From Patescibacteria group bacterium (GTDB lineage Bacteria; Patescibacteriota; Microgenomatia; UBA1400; PJMF01): a stretch of 64,000 bases of DNA. The notes below the pieces were generated by a model. That model was given only the letters and a program-made list of their open reading frames with translations. It had not been told where the DNA came from and searched no databases. Position 1 is the first letter of the stretch; each line of letters begins with the position of its first letter. Positions 9,420 to 17,631 of the stretch are shown here, one piece after another. The position numbers were made by a program, and so were the translations under genes. The stretch lies in NCBI GenBank assembly GCA_049322655.1, contig JBMORP010000006.1, positions 256,410-320,409 on the forward strand, read 5' to 3'.

Positions 9420-9905
9420 TTAGAGAATTCTTTCCAACTCTAAACCAATTTCTGAAAAACCATTTCTTTTATAAAAACTGATTGCTTTTTTATTTTTCCA
9501 ATAGGCAGCTACGTAAAGTTTTTTGATTTTTTTAACTTTGGCACATTTGGTTGCTTGATTAATTAATAACTGACCAATTCCTTTGGATCGATATTCTGGA
9601 TGAACTCCAATATTCTCTATTTCTAAATAAAGACTATGACGATAACCGAAATCTTTTTCAGCTAAAGCGATATAGCCAACTACTAATTCTTTAATCTTGG
9701 CTAAGTAACATACCCCATAGCTACCAGCTGCCAATTTTTTATAATAAGTAACTCCTTTTTTGGAAAAAGGCCAATTTAAATCAATGTCACTGTCATGGGG
9801 TGCATCATTTAAAAATACAAAGTTATTTAACTCCTGAATTTTTGACCAATCATTTTCTTTGGCCAAAACAATTGACAAATTATTTTTTATTGAGTTTATA
9901 ATCAT
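9420..9905 (-). CDS. GNAT-family N-acetyltransferase
   Basis: 161 aa with the acetyl-CoA-binding motif (RSKGIGQLLIN) typical of GNAT motif A. Confidence 0.75.
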   Translation of the reverse strand: MIINSIKNNLSIVLAKENDWSKIQELNNFVFLNDAPHDSDIDLNWPFSKKGVTYYKKLAAGSYGVCYLAKIKELVVGYIALAEKDFGYRHSLYLEIENIGVHPEYRSKGIGQLLINQATKCAKVKKIKKLYVAAYWKNKKAISFYKRNGFSEIGLELERIL

Positions 9906-9936
9906 GATTCTTAATATAAATATATCTCTTTAAAAT

Positions 9937-11124
9937 ATGAAAAACATCTACCAGGAATCACTTACTTACCACAAACAACACATTGGTAAACTAAAAACTG
10001 ACAGTATAGTCGGTAAATTAACCGACAAACAAAACTTATCTTTAGCTTATACTCCTGGAGTAGCAGAGCCCTGCCGAGTTATTGCCAAAGACAAAAAACT
10101 AGCCTATGACTATACCCTCAAAGGTAGAACCGTTGCTGTCATCTCAGATGGCTCTGCTGTTTTGGGCTTAGGAAACATTGGCGCAGAAGCTGCCTTACCA
10201 GTAATGGAAGGCAAGGCTTTACTAATCAAACAATTTGGTGAAGTTGATGCTTTTCCATTGGTAATTAACACCCAAGACCCAAGAGAAATCATTAGGTTTG
10301 TTAAACAAGTCGCTCCTACTTTCGCTGGTATCAATCTTGAAGATATTGCAGCTCCAGCTTGTTTCCAGGTTGAAGAATCACTCCAAGATATCGGGATTCC
10401 AGTTTTTCATGACGACCAGCATGGAACAGCCATTGTGGTAAGAGCAGCCCTACTCAATGCTGCTAAAGTAGTTAACAAACCATATGAATCATTGAAAGTG
10501 GGTATTATCGGGGCTGGCTCGGCTGGTTTGGCCATTGCCAGAATGATCTTGGGACTAAACTGTAACTCTGACTCTTGTTCACAAGTTAAAGCTGCCAAAC
10601 CAGTTGCAGATGTAATCGTTTTTGACCGTCTAGGAGCTTTAGTTGTAGGAAGAAACAAACAAAACATCTATAAACAAGCTGTCGCTGGTTTGTCTAATAA
10701 AGAAAAAAGGGCTGGTTCACCAGAACAAGCTCTTAAAGGTTTTGATGTAGTGATTGGTGTTTCTGGTCCTGGATCAATTTCAACCACAACTATTAAAAAT
10801 ATGAATGATAAACCAATAGTTTTTGCTTTGGCCAATCCAACTCCAGAGATAATGCCAGCAGAAGCGTTAAAGGCTGGCGCTTTTATTATCGCAACAGGCA
10901 GAAGTGATTTTGCTAATCAAATTAATAATGTCTTAGCTTTCCCTGGAATATTTAAAGCTGTTGTTCAAGGTAAACTTACCAAGATTACTTACGAAATGAA
11001 ACAAGCCGCTTCTGATGAAATTGCCAAACTGATAAAAAATCCAAGTGCAGACCAAATTATTCCAAGTGTCTTCACCGAAAAACTTGCAGAAAAAGTGGCA
11101 ACTGCAGTACTAAGCCAAGCTTAA
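9937..11124 (+). CDS. NAD(P)-dependent malic enzyme (short form, no PTA domain)
   Basis: YTPGVAEPC motif, GxGxxG NAD-binding (GAGSAG), and the ALANPTPE motif. Confidence 0.9.
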   Translation: MKNIYQESLTYHKQHIGKLKTDSIVGKLTDKQNLSLAYTPGVAEPCRVIAKDKKLAYDYTLKGRTVAVISDGSAVLGLGNIGAEAALPVMEGKALLIKQFGEVDAFPLVINTQDPREIIRFVKQVAPTFAGINLEDIAAPACFQVEESLQDIGIPVFHDDQHGTAIVVRAALLNAAKVVNKPYESLKVGIIGAGSAGLAIARMILGLNCNSDSCSQVKAAKPVADVIVFDRLGALVVGRNKQNIYKQAVAGLSNKEKRAGSPEQALKGFDVVIGVSGPGSISTTTIKNMNDKPIVFALANPTPEIMPAEALKAGAFIIATGRSDFANQINNVLAFPGIFKAVVQGKLTKITYEMKQAASDEIAKLIKNPSADQIIPSVFTEKLAEKVATAVLSQA

Positions 11125-11130
11125 AAACAA

Positions 11131-11760
11131 TTAGGTACCAAAATAACGATCTCCATAGTCACCTAGACCTGGAACAATGTATTTTTTATTATTCAATTGC
11201 TCATCAACCGCAGCCACAAAAATCTCTAAATCCAGTCTGGGAAATTCTTTTTTCAAACGATCAATGCCTTCTGGAGCAGCCACTACACTTACGATTCTAA
11301 TTGCTTTTGGTTTCTCTTTAATAACCTTATTAATCAAATGAGCAATTGAGCCACCTGTGGCTAACATCGGATCGGTAATAATCACGACTGAATTAGAAGT
11401 TATTTTGGGCAACTTCCAATAATATTCTCTAGCAACAGCTGTTTCTTCATTTCTTTCCATTCCAACAAAACCAACCTTAATCCTAGGTAAAAGTTTCATG
11501 GCACCAAATAACATTGCTATTCCAGACCTAAGCACCGGAATAATAATAATTTCATCATTGATTTTGGCAACATTAATTTTTGCTAATGGTGTAGAAATTT
11601 GTTCTTTTCTAAAAGTCAAACCAGCTACAGCTTCAGCAAACAAGAAACTACAAATTCGATCAGAATACTCTCTGAATTTTTCTAAAGAAGTTCGTTGATC
11701 TCTTAAATGGCTAAGTGAGTCTACTACAAACGGATGTTCTACCAAATGAAGTTTTTTCAT
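11131..11760 (-). CDS. upp: uracil phosphoribosyltransferase
   Basis: 209 aa with PRPP-binding motif (VIITDPMLATGGS) and the C-terminal YIVPGLGDAGDR-like motif (YIVPGLGDYGDRYFGT). Confidence 0.9.
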   Translation of the reverse strand: MKKLHLVEHPFVVDSLSHLRDQRTSLEKFREYSDRICSFLFAEAVAGLTFRKEQISTPLAKINVAKINDEIIIIPVLRSGIAMLFGAMKLLPRIKVGFVGMERNEETAVAREYYWKLPKITSNSVVIITDPMLATGGSIAHLINKVIKEKPKAIRIVSVVAAPEGIDRLKKEFPRLDLEIFVAAVDEQLNNKKYIVPGLGDYGDRYFGT

Positions 11761-11763
11761 TAA

Positions 11764-13794
11764 TTATTCTCCTTTTACTTTTTCAAGCATACCTAGTTTT
11801 TCCAAACCGACCAGTAACAAAAAAGCATCAAATAAAAGATTGCTTTCTTCTTTATTGGCTGTTGGATATGCTAAATAGTCACTGTTACTTTCCTGAGGAA
11901 ACAAAATCACTCCCTGCCCAGGATCTGCTCCTGAACTAACATTCCCTTTACCCATGGTATCAACATTACCTGCCCACCAACCAGGAGCTACTAAAACTGG
12001 GTATTCAGTTTCATCGTTAAATGGATCATGAAACATCTGCGTACCAGCATTCTGCATATGCCCACCAACCACAATACCTGGTTTGTCATGCATATAAAGA
12101 TCATAATTTCTTTTCAAACCAAAGGTCGGCTTGGAAAACGAACCATGATTACCAAGTTTATCTAAAACCGCCAAAGTATAAGGTAAAGCAGCTTCTGGCC
12201 CAACTGCCAACTCAATTGTAGATAAATGGTGAATGAGTGGAATATCAGCGTGACGAGCTAAGTAACTTCCTGGAGCAATTGGATCATCTCCATTTTTCCA
12301 GTTTTCATCCCTTAAATTAGCATCCAATAATAATGCCAAGCCCTTATCCTCTGATCTTGAAATAAATCTTGCTGTCTTATCTAAAACTTCTCTGCGATTG
12401 GCTAGTTTTCCAACCGTACTATCAATCAAGTTTCTTAAATAGATAACCACAGCGTGAGGATTGTTAATCACAAAATCACGTTGAAATTTATTCGCTCTAT
12501 TAAAACCATCTGTTTGTTCGTTGCTACCAAGCCTAACATTAGAAATAAGTTGTAATAAAATTGGTAATTCTGTTTCAATGTTAAATTTGAGGTGAGAATA
12601 AACGGGCTCTCTCTTCAAGTCATCACCGTTATGACCTTTTTCTTCAAGTCTCTTCAAGGCTTTTTTATTGGGTAGACTTTCCATTTCTTCAGGTGTTTCG
12701 GCTGATGAAAAAACATCCCACTCAATAGTTGGTTCAGTTCCAAACTCAGCCAAAACTAACTCTCTCAGCTCGGCAGTCATGCCTTGCTTTTCAGTACTGT
12801 TTAATAAACCCAAACCTTTCTGAGCTAAATCTGCATGTCTCAAAGTTGGTAATGGAGTATGAACTACTTCTTTTGAACGTTTTTTATATTTACCTACTGG
12901 TCTAGTCATCAGGACACTAGTCATTCCTTTACCAGTTGTATAAGGTCTACCCAATCTCACTCCGAACTGATCAACTGGTAAACTCTTATTAACTGATTTA
13001 ATTGTTCCAGAAGAAACCATATAAATCGGGAAAGATGAACCAGCATGATGTTCTTTGCCCACAGCTAACTGATGAATGTGAGCAGAAGCTGCTCCCTCTG
13101 GTCTATTAGCTTCAGATTTTTTAAGTAATTCTTCTCTATTTCCATGCAAAGCATCATATTTGCTTTTGCTGGTGGGATTATGCCTTGTTTCTAAAACTGA
13201 CTCCTGACCATCAGCAAATATAAAAGTCACTTGACCACCATTCAAAATAGTGTCAACATTACAAGCTTCAGCCAATATAGCCCAGGGATCAATCGTAGTA
13301 GACTCATGAGCCCAACCAGGATGGCCCCAATAATGACTAACCATACCAATCACTTTGCCTGCATCAGCTAGTGGCCTTAAAATTTCATCACGAAAATAAT
13401 TAAGTTGTTCCTGAAGGTGCATATTTAAACCAGTCATATTAGTGGTTAAATATTTACTCTTAACACCCTCGATTTCATCTCCCAAAAAAACAATTTTAAC
13501 ATTACTAGTATCAAAAACGATTGGTTCCCCAGCCTCATCATAGCCAACAATAATCTCATCATCTTCCAACAAAAAATCGCGAAGTTTTTTTAGCTCTTCA
13601 TAATCAGTCGCGGCATGACCAATATGTAAATCTCCAATTAAAAGTACTAACAATGGTTCATCTCCTTCAACCCGATACTCCAGATCCATCGTGGGCTGAA
13701 TATCCATAATTAGTTGTTGTTGGAGCTCAATTAATTCTCTTCTTTTTTCATAATGAGTTTTTCTCTTTTGTTCTTTTTCTGCTGCCAATACCAT
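11764..13794 (-). CDS. large hypothetical protein with N-terminal calcineurin-like metallophosphoesterase motifs
   Basis: GDLHIGH and FLGDEIEG resemble metallophosphatase motifs I and II. The remaining roughly 450 aa have no recognisable family. Start lies 3 nt past the upp stop. Confidence 0.5.
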   Translation of the reverse strand: MVLAAEKEQKRKTHYEKRRELIELQQQLIMDIQPTMDLEYRVEGDEPLLVLLIGDLHIGHAATDYEELKKLRDFLLEDDEIIVGYDEAGEPIVFDTSNVKIVFLGDEIEGVKSKYLTTNMTGLNMHLQEQLNYFRDEILRPLADAGKVIGMVSHYWGHPGWAHESTTIDPWAILAEACNVDTILNGGQVTFIFADGQESVLETRHNPTSKSKYDALHGNREELLKKSEANRPEGAASAHIHQLAVGKEHHAGSSFPIYMVSSGTIKSVNKSLPVDQFGVRLGRPYTTGKGMTSVLMTRPVGKYKKRSKEVVHTPLPTLRHADLAQKGLGLLNSTEKQGMTAELRELVLAEFGTEPTIEWDVFSSAETPEEMESLPNKKALKRLEEKGHNGDDLKREPVYSHLKFNIETELPILLQLISNVRLGSNEQTDGFNRANKFQRDFVINNPHAVVIYLRNLIDSTVGKLANRREVLDKTARFISRSEDKGLALLLDANLRDENWKNGDDPIAPGSYLARHADIPLIHHLSTIELAVGPEAALPYTLAVLDKLGNHGSFSKPTFGLKRNYDLYMHDKPGIVVGGHMQNAGTQMFHDPFNDETEYPVLVAPGWWAGNVDTMGKGNVSSGADPGQGVILFPQESNSDYLAYPTANKEESNLLFDAFLLLVGLEKLGMLEKVKGE

Positions 13795-13825
13795 CAGCGA
13801 ATCCTTTCTAAATTAATTTTTTGCC

Positions 13826-13851
13826 AAAAAAAATCCGCCTAATAGGCGGAA
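13826..13851 (-). terminator. rho-independent terminator (TCCGCCT-AATA-GGCGGA with an 8-nt T-run on the minus strand)
   Basis: Hairpin plus T-run downstream of the minus-strand gene 13963..15063. Confidence 0.5.
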
Positions 13852-13962
13852 GTAACACTTAAAAAATTTTTCTGGTCAAAATAAATAAAAACATAACCAG
13901 GGTTTGAGTATATAGATACTAATGTACTTTTTGCAAGCAGCTAAAAAACTTAAATTATCAAG

Positions 13963-15063
13963 CTAAAATTTTTTATTAAAAACAACTGTTAAAAATATTT
14001 GGGAGATTTTAAAAATATCTTTTTCTTTTAGATGAGGACCTAGTGGCAAATAAATAACTTTTTGTCTTTTAGTCCAACCAAAATTATCTAATTCAAATCG
14101 AACCATCAAACCATTTGATCTCAACTTGTTTAAAATTTCTACAGCATCATCAAGAAATAAACCAACAGGAAAAGCTCTCAGTTTTCCATAATCTCTTTGA
14201 GCAAAATTAATTCTAAAAAATTGTTTAGACTGCCAAAGTGGTTCTAATAGCTTTTGGTAAAGTTCAACTTGGTTGACCTTGGTAACAAAAATATGTTGAT
14301 GGTTAATTTTAAAACTTAGATTTTTAAAAAAATTAAAACCGCTACCAGCCAGCTGACTATCTCCAATATGGTCGTAGCCAACCAGCATTGTCAGTTCAGT
14401 CAACTTGTTCCACCACTGCTGCCATTTTTGAAAAGGTAAAACTAAAACCATTAATAAACAACATTGAAATAAAATCCACCACCATAGAACTTTTAACCTA
14501 TAAATTAATGTCTGATTAATAGGAGTTGGTTTTAATGCTGATAATAAACTCTTTGGACCATAGAGATTGCTACCTTGAAGGGGAACTACTTTCCTCAAAC
14601 TATCAATTATTACATGACGCTCAGTAATTAAAGAAATTTTATTTGAATCAATAACACGATGGACTGAGTCTTCAATTAACAAACTATTTTTAGGTAAAAC
14701 ATCAAGCCATTTTTCTGCCTTATTCAAAAGTTTATTTGTAATACCAACTGCGTGAAAAATTACCACTAAATCTGGTTGGTATTTTTTTAGATATTGTTTA
14801 AAAATTTTTACCGAAGTTTGAAAACCTCGATCAACAGGATAAGTTTTAACAATTAAACCATGAGCGCTCATGTTTTTTACTACATCATCACAATAAAAAT
14901 CAGGCACTAAAATTATTGAACCGGCTTGACAACCAAAATATTTAAGTAAATCCCAAAGAGCATCTTCCCATGAAAGATAAAAAAAATGAGCCAAATTAAC
15001 TGGTGGAAAAGTGGTTTGGTTAGTTAGGTAATACCACCAACCAACTGGTTGAATTGGAGCCAT
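13963..15063 (-). CDS. hypothetical protein; weak resemblance to fold-type-I PLP (DegT-like) aminotransferase core
   Basis: The segment SWEDALWDLL..GSIILVPDFYCDD and then LLIEDSVHRV...DSLRKVVPLQG loosely follow the DegT-family pattern including a candidate Lys. The call is tentative. Confidence 0.35.
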   Translation of the reverse strand: MAPIQPVGWWYYLTNQTTFPPVNLAHFFYLSWEDALWDLLKYFGCQAGSIILVPDFYCDDVVKNMSAHGLIVKTYPVDRGFQTSVKIFKQYLKKYQPDLVVIFHAVGITNKLLNKAEKWLDVLPKNSLLIEDSVHRVIDSNKISLITERHVIIDSLRKVVPLQGSNLYGPKSLLSALKPTPINQTLIYRLKVLWWWILFQCCLLMVLVLPFQKWQQWWNKLTELTMLVGYDHIGDSQLAGSGFNFFKNLSFKINHQHIFVTKVNQVELYQKLLEPLWQSKQFFRINFAQRDYGKLRAFPVGLFLDDAVEILNKLRSNGLMVRFELDNFGWTKRQKVIYLPLGPHLKEKDIFKISQIFLTVVFNKKF

Positions 15064-15084
15064 AAATCTTAAATCTACTAAAAA

Positions 15085-15738
15085 TTAACCTTTTCTAATA
15101 ACCACTCCATAGTGGCCACCATAACCAACATTACACAAGTCACCACCATCTGTTAGTTGCTTTAAAGTAGCATTAATTCCTTTGATTGAATTTAAAGTTT
15201 TGACTATTTGGTTTAAATCAATCCCCTGATATTTAAATGAACCAGAAAGCAAAGCCAACCCACCAGCGTTCAATTTACTGACTAGTAATAGTAAATTTTC
15301 ATAACCCAACTGGTCTGGTAAGTCTGGAATTCGACAAAAAGTAAGAGCATCATAACTCAAATCAGTAAATTGTAAAATTCTCCAAATAGAATCCTGGAGC
15401 GAAACAACTCTACCAAGAGCTATTTCTTGTTCTCCCTCTTCATATAAGATTTGATGGTTAATTTCTTCATCAAGAACCTTAAATCTTGGATAATAGTTCT
15501 CATCACATAACACTAATTTATCTACACCTGGATAAAGGTGCCTATATTTAGATCCTGGAGAACAAATAAAAAATCTTTCTGGAAACATTCCACCCACTCC
15601 AGCCGTCAAAACTGTTCCTCTAAAATCAGTTGTTTTTAAACCAATGTTTTCATAAACATGCCCAAATTGAGCAATATACATTTCTGTATGACTCAAACTA
15701 TCTGCGCTACTATTTGACCAAGTTTCTCTCATTTTCAT
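15085..15738 (-). CDS. hypothetical protein (possible nucleotide-binding or methyltransferase-like Gly-rich loop TAGVGGMF)
   Basis: ORF only; no confident motif. Confidence 0.3.
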   Translation of the reverse strand: MKMRETWSNSSADSLSHTEMYIAQFGHVYENIGLKTTDFRGTVLTAGVGGMFPERFFICSPGSKYRHLYPGVDKLVLCDENYYPRFKVLDEEINHQILYEEGEQEIALGRVVSLQDSIWRILQFTDLSYDALTFCRIPDLPDQLGYENLLLLVSKLNAGGLALLSGSFKYQGIDLNQIVKTLNSIKGINATLKQLTDGGDLCNVGYGGHYGVVIRKG

Positions 15739-15756
15739 TAATTCTAAAAAATATCT

Positions 15757-16149
15757 TCACCATTTTTGTAAATAACTTTCTTCAACTTCCCAACCATCCT
15801 GAAGTTCACTACTCCAATGAACCTTCTCTCTAACTACATAGTAATATTTATAATTTTTATATTCTACAAACTTAACAAGACAGTTTATTTCCCCATTTAG
15901 TCTTACCCCTTCACCAAACTTGAATCTAGGAGCTTTATCTTTAAATTCACTCAACAAAGATTCTTCAACATTGATCTGTTGAGGGGTGATGGTTTCCTGA
16001 TGAAATTCAGCTGGCTCCATATCTCTCTGATAAGCGACCAAAAGCAATTTGTAGTGGTAACCAGGACCATCAGTAGCCAAATCCAAAACTCTATAAATAC
16101 CATCCTGATATACAACAAGAGAGTTATCTGAGAATTTTGGGGTAGTCAT
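15757..16149 (-). CDS. hypothetical protein
   Basis: 130-aa ORF with no motif. Confidence 0.35.
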   Translation of the reverse strand: MTTPKFSDNSLVVYQDGIYRVLDLATDGPGYHYKLLLVAYQRDMEPAEFHQETITPQQINVEESLLSEFKDKAPRFKFGEGVRLNGEINCLVKFVEYKNYKYYYVVREKVHWSSELQDGWEVEESYLQKW

Positions 16150-16230
16150 CTAAAGGATATTATAAGTGATAGATTGAAAATTTTCTTGTATTAGAGTTAG
16201 AGTCAATTTAGAAACAAAACAGCACTATAA

Positions 16231-16788
16231 TTAGGTTAGAGAAGTCATGAAGTACCACTCCATTATAGTTGGTCTCTTTTCACTTAATAAAATTTTTCTT
16301 ACAATCACTTGCTTATCAACTTGATTAACTTTTGCCATTTTTTTGCACAATTTTCTTGCTTCAACATCAATATCATATGCATATATTTTGGAGTTTGGTA
16401 TTTTTAAGGCCAAACCAATTGCGTATTAACCTTCAGCACTGCCAATATTAATTATCTGCTCATATTTTGTACTACAAATTTTTTTTATCAGTGAGTGAAG
16501 TTCTTTTTCGTAAGATCCAAGTAACTTAGGAAAAAATTCGCTCCCTATTGATTTAGGTTCTGTATATTGCATCCCTTTAAAAGGACCATTTTTGACTATT
16601 AAATCAGGAAATAATTTTGAAATAGCTAGTCTAACCACTTTGTTTTCATGAGATTCATCTGGTAATTTAACCTTTTTTCTTGTCTCATGAATGTAGTTTG
16701 CTGCTCTCCATATAGATTTATTAAAAAGAAAGTAAAAAAAATCTATATCAACTAAGCTATCGATAATTATTTTAATTAATTTTTTCAA
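16231..16788 (-). pseudogene. FkbM-like SAM-dependent methyltransferase interrupted by a single in-frame TAA at 16426..16428
   Basis: The two track ORFs (16426..16788 and 16231..16413) are in the same frame. Read through, they give ...NIGSAEG*YAIGLALKIPNSKIYAYDID..., a SAM-binding glycine-rich motif split by one stop codon. Confidence 0.5.
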
Positions 16789-16968
16789 AATAGTTTATAA
16801 CTAATTATTAAAATTAATAGTTTACTTAAATCAACCTTCAATATTTTAAAAAATCAAGTAAAACATCTGATTTTCAATCCTACTTATAATTATATCTGTT
16901 TAAATATTTTTTTGATATTCTTGTAAGCTCTAGTAAAAAAATCATCAATAAGATAAGATCCCCTGCAT

Positions 16969-17436
16969 ATGAACATATTAGAATTAATATCTGTTTTTTT
17001 TGCAGCAACAGAAGGAAAATTTCTTATTGATATTTTATTAGCTACAACTTTTGGATATATTATTGGAGCAGAAAGAGAAAGCAGAGGAAAAGATGCTGGC
17101 ATTAGTACCCATATCATGGTTATTTGTGGAGCAACACTTTTTACTTTTATGTCCTCACTTGTTGATCCAGCTTCAAAATCAAGAATTGCAGCACAAATTG
17201 TTTCAGGGATTGGTTTTTTGGGTGCAGGATTAATTTTAAAAGAGGATGGGACTAAAGTTAGAAATTTAACTACAGCATCAAGTGTGTGGTTCGCAGGAGC
17301 CATTGGTATGGCACTCGGTTTTGACTATCATTTTTTAGGTGCTATTGCTACAGTATTTGCAGTTTTTGTACCACGTATTCCAAAACATAACCAAATCAAA
17401 AAAACAGTCTCATCAAAGATAAAAATTGGGAGATAG
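16969..17436 (+). CDS. mgtC: MgtC/SapB-family membrane protein
   Basis: 155 aa with GAERE and IVSGIGFLGAGLIL motifs typical of the MgtC family. Confidence 0.85.
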   Translation: MNILELISVFFAATEGKFLIDILLATTFGYIIGAERESRGKDAGISTHIMVICGATLFTFMSSLVDPASKSRIAAQIVSGIGFLGAGLILKEDGTKVRNLTTASSVWFAGAIGMALGFDYHFLGAIATVFAVFVPRIPKHNQIKKTVSSKIKIGR

Positions 17437-17521
17437 TTGCTTTAACAATGACATAAATCTATTTATTAGGTGACAGATTTTGCAATAGCAAAAAAAATTG
17501 GCAAAAGCCAATTTTATTATC

Positions 17522-17609
17522 TGGCGGAAGGGGTGGGATTTGAACCCACGAAGCCCTTGCGGGCGCCGGCTTTCGAAACCAGTGCAATAGACCACTATGC
17601 GACCCTTCC
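17522..17609 (-). tRNA. tRNA-Ser (anticodon CGA)
   Basis: Manual fold: acceptor GGAAGGG/CCCTTCC, anticodon loop TTCGAAA, 16-nt variable arm, T-arm GTGGG-TTCAAAT-CCCAC, discriminator G, encoded CCA. Confidence 0.8.
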
Positions 17610-17631
17610 TTACTATGATGGAGATTATACC

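Noticed and set aside
16426-16428. In-frame TAA as evidence of stop-codon reassignment
   Set aside because: All other long ORFs in the window terminate normally on TAA, TAG and TGA with no internal stops. A single occurrence is far more consistent with a pseudogene or error.
16890-17303. 137-aa minus-strand ORF
   Set aside because: It is antisense to the well-supported MgtC gene (16969..17436, +), and its protein has no features.
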